DNA of 28,653 nucleotides from a virus (Duplodnaviria; Caudoviricetes), in the IMG/VR virus record IMGVR_UViG_3300043423_000097, positions 1-28,653 of that record. One strand, written 5' to 3'. Position numbers and translations under genes: made by a program. The notes below the pieces were generated by a model, which saw only the letters and a list, made by a program, of their open reading frames with translations, made no database searches and was not told the origin of the DNA. Position 1 is the first letter of the stretch. Every line of letters begins with the position of its first letter. This document shows positions 17,726 through 25,631 of this stretch, piece after piece.

Positions 17726-17763
17726 CCGCACTTTAGGCCCAACCTAGCGGGAAACCGTAAGCC

Positions 17764-17822
17764 TGTGCCCTGCCCCGTGCGCACCCGCGAAAGATCAAAG
17801 CACCCGCACGGGGCAGGGCACA
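17764..17822. repeat. perfect 18-bp inverted repeat (RNA stem-loop)
   Basis: TGTGCCCTGCCCCGTGCG / CGCACGGGGCAGGGCACA with a 23-nt loop; no U-tract. Confidence 0.85.
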
Positions 17823-17854
17823 CAGCCGCACATACATACAAGGAACCCCCGCTA

Positions 17855-18166
17855 ATGATCACCGCTTTCACCATGGCCGTTGTCACCGTCACCACATTTT
17901 ACGTCACAGCCGCGCGCGTAATCACCTTGCGCCGATTGCTAGGCTACGGCATGGCACTAGACCTAGTTTTCACGACCGCCGCGTTCCTATTTTTTCACGG
18001 CACGCTGACAGGCTTGCTAATCGCCACAATCGCAGGCTTGCTAATGGCCCTCTCCATCACGGCCCTACGCGCGTTAATTGGCTACGACCGCGCCGCCGCA
18101 GTTTACTGGCACAATTTGCGCCCCGCCATAATCTGGCAAAAAACGCCGCCACGCTGGCACCGCTGA
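17855..18166 (+). CDS. membrane protein with about 3 TM segments (103 aa, MITAFT)
   Basis: AAGGA RBS; hydrophobic segments, including HGTLTGLLIATIAGL. Confidence 0.75.
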   Translation: MITAFTMAVVTVTTFYVTAARVITLRRLLGYGMALDLVFTTAAFLFFHGTLTGLLIATIAGLLMALSITALRALIGYDRAAAVYWHNLRPAIIWQKTPPRWHR

Positions 18167-18281
18167 AAAATTGGCACAACTTGCAACCGCAACCGCCACC
18201 GCCAACACAACCCACAGGCTTGGGCAACCTACGTGGAACCACCACCCGACACACCGACCCGACCAACGCCACCCGACACGC

Positions 18282-18536
18282 ACCTTCACCCAATTCTAAA
18301 TAAAAAACGCACCCCCCACCCCGCAACCGCCCTAAACGCCCTGTTTTGCCTGTTTGGCGTAATTTTGGCACCCCAAAAACCCCTAGTTTCCGTAATCTAT
18401 CAGTATTAGTTTTCTTTAATCCGAGTTAACCCTAAATCAACTGGAAATAAAACGCGTAAGGCTAAGCTTAAAATCAGGCACATTCTTCCTTGCGCGGTGG
18501 GGGGGGGTAGTTTTTTGTTTAGTTTTGGGCGGAGGT
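18282..18536. repeat. about 46-bp imperfect inverted repeat flanking an AT-rich core
   Basis: Left arm ACCTTCACCCAATTCTAAATAAAAAACGCACCCCCCACCCCGCAA; reverse complement of the right arm ACCTCCGCCCAAAACTAAACAAAAAACTACCCCCCCCCACCGCGCAA. Confidence 0.75.
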
Positions 18537-18548
18537 ATTGACCAGCAC

Positions 18549-18574
18549 CACGCAACGCCTTCACGCAACGCCTT
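18549..18574 (+). repeat. 13-bp perfect tandem repeat
   Basis: CACGCAACGCCTT x2. Confidence 0.85.
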
Positions 18575-18607
18575 ACAGGTCAGAGGACGCGCCGCCACTG
18601 TTGACCG

Positions 18608-18674
18608 TTCCCAAACTGTTTTCCTCTTGCTAAGATTATATCACTAACCAAGGCAAACGCCGTAATCTTAGCAA
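18608..18674 (+). promoter_or_regulatory. extended -10 promoter overlapped by a 12-bp inverted repeat
   Basis: TTCCCA-17 nt-TAAGAT with TG extension; TTGCTAAGATTA (18627-18638) / TAATCTTAGCAA (18663-18674). Confidence 0.45.
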
Positions 18675-18726
18675 TGGGCAAACACGCCCAAACCGCGCAA
18701 CACCGCGCAACATAAGGAACCATCCA

Positions 18727-19731
18727 ATGTCTAAAAAACTATTCACCGATTCCGTTTTCACCAGCGCAACCGCCGCGCTTAACGAACTGCAATCACGCAT
18801 TGCCACCGCTACCGAATACTTCCCCAGCACCGACCCGCTGGCAATTCTATCCACCAATATTCCCGACACCTACGCAGCAGACGCCGAGGGTAACGCAATC
18901 ACCGTTCCCGCCCTAGGTCTCGATGACAACGGCACGATCGTTCTAACCGACCCCGCAGCGGCTGGCACACTGGCCCTAATTACACTCTATTCCACCAACA
19001 CCCAACCCCAAGCCGAAGGCGAAGCACTGGCAATTCCCGCCGCTATCTACCTTATCAACCTTCCTTCCCATTCCGAACTTGCCACGGCCCCAGCCCTGCA
19101 CGAATACCGCGCCGCCCTATTCAATCGCGCAATGCTTTCCGCCGCGCGCAAACTTGCCAAACTGCACCACGAAAACGCCAAAACCGACGAACAAGGCAAC
19201 GTAACCCACGCCCGCCCCATGCCCGCCGACCGCTTGGCCGCACTCATCTCTACCGTTGCCCGTGGCGCAAATGCCGACCTTGCCGCATTCAAAATCATGT
19301 TCCCCGTCCTGCAGCAAGTAATGCTTACCCAAGCAACCAAAGCCGCCGAAGCCCTGAAATCCCGGGGCCGCGCAGGTGACGCGAAGCTAGTGCTGGCCAC
19401 ATTCAGCAAAGCCCGCCTTTCCGCCGAAACCCTGAAAGCTTGCCTTTCGTCCCGTGTTGCCGCAGAAAATCACTTCGCATCCATGAAACAAGAACAGTGG
19501 GCACATTTGCTTGACTACGCAATCCGCCTAGCCCCAGCCTGCCCCGTCCGCGTAATGCTGCGCGATGACGCAAACAAACCAGTTAAAGACGCCGAGGGGA
19601 AAACCCGTTACGAAACCCGCAAGACCGCGCTTTCATCTACCATTTTCCAAACATGGAAAGACACGCGCGACAGCATCACCCTTGCAACGGCAGACGCCGA
19701 GGGCCTGTCTTTCGATGGCTTGACCGCCTAA
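18727..19731 (+). CDS. hypothetical protein (334 aa)
   Basis: TAAGGA RBS; long ORF with strongly biased C/A-ending codons. Confidence 0.85.
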   Translation: MSKKLFTDSVFTSATAALNELQSRIATATEYFPSTDPLAILSTNIPDTYAADAEGNAITVPALGLDDNGTIVLTDPAAAGTLALITLYSTNTQPQAEGEALAIPAAIYLINLPSHSELATAPALHEYRAALFNRAMLSAARKLAKLHHENAKTDEQGNVTHARPMPADRLAALISTVARGANADLAAFKIMFPVLQQVMLTQATKAAEALKSRGRAGDAKLVLATFSKARLSAETLKACLSSRVAAENHFASMKQEQWAHLLDYAIRLAPACPVRVMLRDDANKPVKDAEGKTRYETRKTALSSTIFQTWKDTRDSITLATADAEGLSFDGLTA

Positions 19732-19755
19732 CCCTATAGCCTACCCACACCCCTT

Positions 19756-19793
19756 GCGCATGGCAACTTGCACCCTAGCCTATTGCCATGCGC
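19756..19793 (+). terminator. stem-loop after the 334-aa gene
   Basis: GCGCATGGCAA / TTGCCATGCGC 11-bp stem; no U-tract. Confidence 0.4.
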
Positions 19794-19930
19794 GCACCAT
19801 CCTGCCCCATCCTGCCCCATCCCATCCCACCCCTGCCCTATCCTATCCTAATTCCACGGCCACACGACAAGGGGGGTATGTCCCCCAAAAAATATGTGGG
19901 TCCCCCTCTCTATAAAAAGCCACTTTTCCA

Positions 19931-20019
19931 TTGCTACAAAGTTTAAAAAACGGCCCCTAGTGTGGCTGGGCGTTGCCGGATTGCTAGCAAATTTTAAAAA
20001 GTGGCCCCAAGTCCGCTGG
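19931..20019 (+). repeat. 39-bp imperfect direct repeat upstream of TerS
   Basis: TTGCTACAAAGTTTAAAAAACGGCCCCTAGTGTGGCTGG and TTGCTAGCAAATTTTAAAAAGTGGCCCCAAGTCCGCTGG, 50-nt period. Confidence 0.75.
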
Positions 20020-20032
20020 AAGGAGTGCAAAA

Positions 20033-20674
20033 ATGCACGATGCGCCGCTAACTCCCGAGCAGCAGGTGTCGAAAATGCTGGCGTACTATGATGCGCGCCA
20101 AACTGCGGACGCCAAACTTTGCCAAATTTTCCGTGCCGAGGTTTCTGACCTCATTTCCGCGCGCCAAGACCCGTTCTACCAAGAAATGCTGGCCGAAGAA
20201 ACCGCCATGCTCGTCGCGCAGTCTGCTGAAATCGAGGACCGCTGGGCCCACCTTGAAAACCGCGCGCTGGGTGACCTGTCCGACGCCATGGACAGCGTGG
20301 CAGACCCGCGCATGCTACTCGGTATTGCCGTACAGGCCAATAAAGCCCGGAATACCACGCGCCAAACACAGCGTCAGCAAGTTGCCCCCGGTTCCATTGA
20401 CGTAGACCAACTAACTTCCGGCGGGCAAATTATCCGTATTCGCACCCGCATGGCCGAGCGCCTGTCCGCAGACGGCGGCGTTGACCGCATGATCGACCGC
20501 GAAGTAGAAATCCGCCGCGACAACTCGGCTTCACTTGACGAAGCACTGGACCCGACTTCTGTAAAGTCTTTGCTCAAGTCCGCACTGGGCGTTGACACGA
20601 CTTCGCTCAAGGTTGTCCAGCGTTTTGGCCCCAGCGCCGGCTACGACCTCGACCTTTCAGCAATAGGTGAGTAA
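20033..20674 (+). CDS. putative terminase small subunit
   Basis: AAGGAG RBS; helical protein immediately upstream of TerL (positional call). Confidence 0.55.
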   Translation: MHDAPLTPEQQVSKMLAYYDARQTADAKLCQIFRAEVSDLISARQDPFYQEMLAEETAMLVAQSAEIEDRWAHLENRALGDLSDAMDSVADPRMLLGIAVQANKARNTTRQTQRQQVAPGSIDVDQLTSGGQIIRIRTRMAERLSADGGVDRMIDREVEIRRDNSASLDEALDPTSVKSLLKSALGVDTTSLKVVQRFGPSAGYDLDLSAIGE

Positions 20675-20675
20675 C

Positions 20676-22187
20676 ATGAGTGAAGCCACCACCTTGGCCA
20701 CCATGGAACCCGCTGAATTGCGGTGGCTTCTTGCAACTTCTGACGAGTTTTTCATTGAATACTTCCTTATCGACGAAATCCCTGAAGAAGACACCGTGCA
20801 AGACTTTCACTTGATGACGTTTAGCCGGGCTACCGACCTCGACGAGCGCCGCGACGTAATTGCCTTGCCCCGCGAACACGCAAAAACCACGTATGCCCGC
20901 CTCGCGTGGCTTAAGTTAATCTATTTTAGCCCAGTCCAGTTTTTTGTCTACATGGGCACCACGCACACAGCCGCCGCCACGTCCGTAGAATCCGTCTGGA
21001 ACCGCGTTATCGGCGATCAAGCTGTTTCTGCTTTCGGGATGCCAAAAGTTTTACGTGAGCGACTGTCCGAGGGCCACGTTGAGTTCTTCGTAAAAGCATA
21101 CAAGCCTGACACTTTTGAACCTTACGAAAAGCTGATCATCTTCAAAGCCCTCGGCGTTGGGCAAGCACTGCGCGGCATGAACGTGCACAACATGCGCCCC
21201 GAATACGTAACCTGCGACGACATTGAAGACGAAACCGCTGTAAAAACCGAAGAAGGTTATCAAAAACTCAAGCACTGGTTCGATAACACCTTCATGCGCG
21301 CAGTTTCCCGCAGGGTGGGGCGTTCAAAAATCTTCCAGATCGGCAACTTGATCGGTTTCCGCACACTACTAAATGACAACATCACCGACCCGGAGTGGCG
21401 CTCCGTACGCATGGGGGTGCTGCGCCCAGATGGCCAACCTCTCTGGCCATTCCAGTGGCCCCTGTCCGCGATCCGCCTCGACATTGAGCGTGCTAAACGG
21501 CGGGGCGGCATTTCCGCTTGGTTCGGCGAAATGATGAATATCCCCTACAACATAGAGAACGCGCTGTTGCCATTTGAAAAAATCTACTTCCAACCGCGGC
21601 GGCACCCGGGGGACGGGCAAACTTATCGTACTTTCATCACCATCGACCCCGCCATTTCAGACAAGCAAACCGCGGACCACTGCGCCATTGTCCTGCACAC
21701 CATCGACGATTTCGGCTTACCACAAATTTCCGAGTATGTGCATCAACAGGGCATGACTCCCGCTGATATGGCCCGCGTGGTTAAAGACTTATGCTATCGG
21801 TGGGATTGTCGAACGGTTGGCGTAGAAGCCGTGCAACTACAAGCCGTGTTGATTCACTATTTCGAACTCGAATTCAGCATGTCCAGCGGAAATCCGGTCG
21901 ATTTTGTACCCATCAAAGTCGGGCGCACTCACAAAACCGCACGTTTGCAAACTTGGGCCAGCGCCATCCAAGAACACGAATACTGCCTTGCCGCGGGCGA
22001 CTGGGGCGTTTCTTCCCAGCTAATCGCTTTCGACGTGCGCAAAAACAACAACAGTGACGACCTTATCGACGCTTGCAGCATGGGAATGATTATGCTGCAA
22101 GACTATGCGCGGCTTATCCACCAAAATCGCGCAGGCGCTACTGCACTCGCAGACACGCGGGCACAGGGCAGTTCAACCATATTGTGA
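20676..22187 (+). CDS. terL: terminase large subunit
   Basis: LPREHAKTT Walker A; LRG...RPEYVTCDDIED Walker B; IGN coupling motif; ITIDPAIS and DDLIDA RNase H-like nuclease motifs. Confidence 0.93.
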   Translation: MSEATTLATMEPAELRWLLATSDEFFIEYFLIDEIPEEDTVQDFHLMTFSRATDLDERRDVIALPREHAKTTYARLAWLKLIYFSPVQFFVYMGTTHTAAATSVESVWNRVIGDQAVSAFGMPKVLRERLSEGHVEFFVKAYKPDTFEPYEKLIIFKALGVGQALRGMNVHNMRPEYVTCDDIEDETAVKTEEGYQKLKHWFDNTFMRAVSRRVGRSKIFQIGNLIGFRTLLNDNITDPEWRSVRMGVLRPDGQPLWPFQWPLSAIRLDIERAKRRGGISAWFGEMMNIPYNIENALLPFEKIYFQPRRHPGDGQTYRTFITIDPAISDKQTADHCAIVLHTIDDFGLPQISEYVHQQGMTPADMARVVKDLCYRWDCRTVGVEAVQLQAVLIHYFELEFSMSSGNPVDFVPIKVGRTHKTARLQTWASAIQEHEYCLAAGDWGVSSQLIAFDVRKNNNSDDLIDACSMGMIMLQDYARLIHQNRAGATALADTRAQGSSTIL

Positions 22188-22194
22188 GGGCCAA

Positions 22195-24231
22195 ATGGCA
22201 GACCTTGGATACAACTCCCCCGCGTTTACCCCAATTCCGGTAAACGCGGCTGTAAAGTTTGGCCCGCAAGCCAGCGATACGCTCGACCCCAAAGCCCACC
22301 GGAAACTGCTGGGCCATCTGTACGCAGTCCTGCACCGTGACGCGGATGCTCGGGCGCAGCGGATCGCGCACATGATGGCAGTCGAATACGACTTGCTTGG
22401 CATTGTAGAGCCAGAAGGTTCCGACTGCGACCGGGCAGACAAGCGCAACGAGGGGAAGTCCGTATCTATTCCCGACCATATCTACCCCTTTGGCTTTGTG
22501 ACTTTGCAAAAATTCACCAGCGAACTCATGTCCGTCTTGATGCCAACGGAAATGCCCTATTCAGTTGTCACCGGTCCCGAAGCCCAAGGCACCGCTAACT
22601 CACTTTCTAAGGCCTTCCGCCACCAATCTGTAATGTTTGACCACCGCAACAATTTGGCGGCTTGCGTTTTTGACGCTGTCACACTGGACCTCACTGGCGG
22701 ATTTTTCCGGTGGACCAAGCAAGCCAACGCAAAAGTCGAAACTTCGCTGCTCGGCACCCAAATGGCTTCGCCCACCGAAACCGCGGGTGTCTGCGTCGAG
22801 CACATTGACCCCTACAACCTCTCTTACGATAGCAGCCTACCTCCGAGTAAGATCGAGCAAGAGGGCGAATTCATCGCGCAGTTCAAGGCCGTGACACCGT
22901 TCCAACTTCGCCGGGATCGTGTAGCTGGGCGTAATTTTGCCAAAAACGACATGTTTGACGCGATCCTCGGCCACAGCGGCCTGCCCGACTTTACTACACC
23001 CCTGTTTGACCACGCAAACGGCACTGGTCTTTGGTACTACTTCGAGCCTAAAATCGCGCAGGGCCGGCACCGCGCCCACCAACTTTATGGCTCCAGCACC
23101 AACAAAGGGCAGACAGGTTTCGCCCAGCTCTTCAGCTACGGCATGGCCAACAACTGGCAAACTCGCGAAAATAACGCAATCCACCAAGTCGTTATGATGA
23201 CCCGCATTGACCCCTACGAGTACGGCCTCGTTAAAGGTCCAGCGCCCGCACAGCCGCGCCCTTTTCAAATCTGGGAAATCCACATCACATACCCCGGCAT
23301 CATCACCTACGCCCAGCCTGCCCAAGGTCGTGCGGACCGTCTGCCCGGGTTTGTCGCCTCAATGAACTTTGACCGCAAATTCGGGCGCTCGTTTAAATTT
23401 GGCGAACACGCGGCACACATGGGCCTGCTTGCGTCCACTATCTTGAACCTTCATAAACGCGGCATGCGTAAGGCTCTCGAGGGCGGCGTTACCCTCTATA
23501 ACCCCGAAGTTATCCCGCTTGAGCAGCTGGACGAAATGAGCGGCGGCCGGTTACCCATACGCATGATGCGGTACGACGACGATCTCCGCCGGCACATCTT
23601 ACAACTAAACGATATCCCGGACAGTGCCGGCAGCATTAACGACGCGGCTGGGTTGTCCGGGATGCTGGACAACCTATTCCCTACAAATTCCCAGCCAGCC
23701 ATGGCCGGGCTTGACCGCGCGACCCAGTACCAAGCGCAAGCTGTTCTTATGACAGGGCTGCGCTCTCTGGTCTACTACGCTACTACGTTGGATGGCCAAA
23801 TTTTTGTCCCAACGCGTTTCCACATGCAGCATCTAAACCTGCTGAACGCTCAGGAAATGTCGTACATCGACGAGGCCAAAAAGCAAGCGATCCAAGTTTC
23901 CGCCGCTGATCTTCAAAAATCCCAGTTTGTGCTGGTGCAGTCTGAACTGATGATCGGTGTCGACAGGTTGCGCGCCACTACCGAATTGCGTGACATGATC
24001 AACGTCATGTTCCAGTCCGGCGGGCAGCTGCCACCACTCGCTGCGCTCTACATGAAGCACTACATGCAAATGTCCGGCTTGGCTATCGATCCGGACGAAT
24101 ACGAAGCAGCCTTGCAAAAACAATTGCAGCGTGACGCAGCAATCCAAGCTGCCGAGGTTCAAGCTGCCGGAGCCGCGGCTGGTCCCCCCGGAGTAACTCC
24201 ACCACCCGCCCCTACTGCCCAACCCCAGTAA
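22195..24231 (+). CDS. portal protein (678 aa)
   Basis: Position after TerL; size; EHIDPYNLSYDS and RATQYQAQAV segments resemble P22/podophage-type portals. Confidence 0.8.
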   Translation: MADLGYNSPAFTPIPVNAAVKFGPQASDTLDPKAHRKLLGHLYAVLHRDADARAQRIAHMMAVEYDLLGIVEPEGSDCDRADKRNEGKSVSIPDHIYPFGFVTLQKFTSELMSVLMPTEMPYSVVTGPEAQGTANSLSKAFRHQSVMFDHRNNLAACVFDAVTLDLTGGFFRWTKQANAKVETSLLGTQMASPTETAGVCVEHIDPYNLSYDSSLPPSKIEQEGEFIAQFKAVTPFQLRRDRVAGRNFAKNDMFDAILGHSGLPDFTTPLFDHANGTGLWYYFEPKIAQGRHRAHQLYGSSTNKGQTGFAQLFSYGMANNWQTRENNAIHQVVMMTRIDPYEYGLVKGPAPAQPRPFQIWEIHITYPGIITYAQPAQGRADRLPGFVASMNFDRKFGRSFKFGEHAAHMGLLASTILNLHKRGMRKALEGGVTLYNPEVIPLEQLDEMSGGRLPIRMMRYDDDLRRHILQLNDIPDSAGSINDAAGLSGMLDNLFPTNSQPAMAGLDRATQYQAQAVLMTGLRSLVYYATTLDGQIFVPTRFHMQHLNLLNAQEMSYIDEAKKQAIQVSAADLQKSQFVLVQSELMIGVDRLRATTELRDMINVMFQSGGQLPPLAALYMKHYMQMSGLAIDPDEYEAALQKQLQRDAAIQAAEVQAAGAAAGPPGVTPPPAPTAQPQ

Positions 24232-24243
24232 CAGGAGAATACA

Positions 24244-24561
24244 ATGCCCGACGATCATAACATGCCAGAAGGTTTAGAAAAACCCGTCAGCACGAAGCGC
24301 GCCGAAATCCTGAACACTGCGCGCGAATACGTCACAAAAGACCGCGAAGCCACGCACGGCGCACCAGAGCAATCCTTTGGTATGATCGCTGCTGTCTGGT
24401 CCGTCCGCCTTGGTGTTACGGTCACTCCCGCTCAAGTTTGCCTGCTTATGGCCGATTTGAAGATATGCCGGGCGTGGAGCAACCCAACTGTCACAGATAA
24501 CTGGGTGGACCTCGCAGGCTACGCAGCTTGCGGCGGAGAAATGGCCAGTGTGCGCAAATGA
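24244..24561 (+). CDS. DUF6378-family protein
   Basis: ILNTAREYVTKDREATHGAPEQSFGMIAAVWS...LKICR...DNWVDLAGYAACG; AGGAG RBS. Confidence 0.85.
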   Translation: MPDDHNMPEGLEKPVSTKRAEILNTAREYVTKDREATHGAPEQSFGMIAAVWSVRLGVTVTPAQVCLLMADLKICRAWSNPTVTDNWVDLAGYAACGGEMASVRK

Positions 24562-24806
24562 CCAATCAACTGGAATTGCTGCAAGACAGAGTAACTGCGG
24601 GCAAGGCGCTGCTGCACGAAGCTGAGGCGGAAATGGAGCGCTGTGTCAGCAACCTTTGCGCCCTACCGCTCGGCCCCAACCTAGCCCTAGACTATGCGCG
24701 AGGGCTAGGCGAGTACGAAATGATAAAGGCACAAGTGCATAAGTTGCGCAGTATATTGCAGGTGCTTAGCTTAGAAATCGAAAACTTCACCCCATCTAAA
24801 GGATAA
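24558..24806 (+). CDS. small coiled-coil hypothetical protein (82 aa, MTNQLE)
   Basis: ATGA overlap with the DUF6378 gene. Confidence 0.7.
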   Translation: MTNQLELLQDRVTAGKALLHEAEAEMERCVSNLCALPLGPNLALDYARGLGEYEMIKAQVHKLRSILQVLSLEIENFTPSKG

Positions 24807-24812
24807 CCCGCT

Positions 24813-25631
24813 ATGTTTAACCTATTTTCTGGCCCACGCGCTGATGCCCCGGCGCCCGCACCTGCCCCGGCTCCCGCTCCAGCGCCGCAGGCCTCTGCGC
24901 CAAATCCTGCCCCTGCTCCCCAAGGTTTTGCCCCAGCGCCTGCCCCAGCCGCTCAAGTTGCCCCAGCTGCTCAAGCCCCTGTTTCTCTGGCCTCACTGCT
25001 TCAAGGCTACAACGCGGCCCCGGCTGAGACGCGGATGGACCCGACCGCGCTGGCCCACCAGTTCATCGAGACCATGACCAACGCGCCGCAGCAAGCGACC
25101 GGCATGTCCATCCCAATTTTGCGCCCCGAAGCCGTGGCTTCCGCATTTGCCGATGTTCCTCTGCACGGTGGTATCGACATGGCCGCGCTGATCACGAGCA
25201 TGCAAAGTGACCCAGCAACCGGGGCAGCATCCCTGCAAGCGGCGTTCCAGCAAACATCAGTGAACACTATTGCCGCGCTGGTCCCTCTGGTCAACCAACT
25301 GGTCGAACAAGCCGTCATGACCTCCGCCCAGCAAGCAGTCCAACAATCCCACCACGGTGTTCTGGCCAACAGTATTGTCCAAGAGTTCCAGCGCAGCTAT
25401 CCAACCGCTACGCATCCGTTTATTGTAAATCTTGTTAACGGCATGGCGAATACGGTGGCAGCAAATGCTCCTCCAAACACTGATCCACGCTCTTTGATCC
25501 CCGCAATCGTTGCAGTTATTGAAGGTATGGGGACCGCGGCCAGTTTCGCAAGTCCTGAGGCGCAAATGCGCGCAAACCCTGCCGCCCAAAGCGGTTTTTC
25601 TAATCTTTTTGGAGCTTCAAATGGCCGTTAA
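24813..25631 (+). CDS. putative capsid scaffolding protein with (PA)n N-terminus
   Basis: AAAGGA RBS; immediately upstream of the major capsid gene; low-complexity/helical sequence. Confidence 0.65.
   Translation: MFNLFSGPRADAPAPAPAPAPAPAPQASAPNPAPAPQGFAPAPAPAAQVAPAAQAPVSLASLLQGYNAAPAETRMDPTALAHQFIETMTNAPQQATGMSIPILRPEAVASAFADVPLHGGIDMAALITSMQSDPATGAASLQAAFQQTSVNTIAALVPLVNQLVEQAVMTSAQQAVQQSHHGVLANSIVQEFQRSYPTATHPFIVNLVNGMANTVAANAPPNTDPRSLIPAIVAVIEGMGTAASFASPEAQMRANPAAQSGFSNLFGASNGR

Noticed and set aside
18057-18371. ORFs in the 18.1-18.4 kb low-complexity tract
   Set aside because: Gly/Val/Arg/Cys-rich translations reflect the C/A skew; no RBS was seen.
24840-24985. GC-rich repeats at the start of the scaffold gene
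   Set aside because: They are explained by Pro-Ala low-complexity coding, not a DNA-level array.
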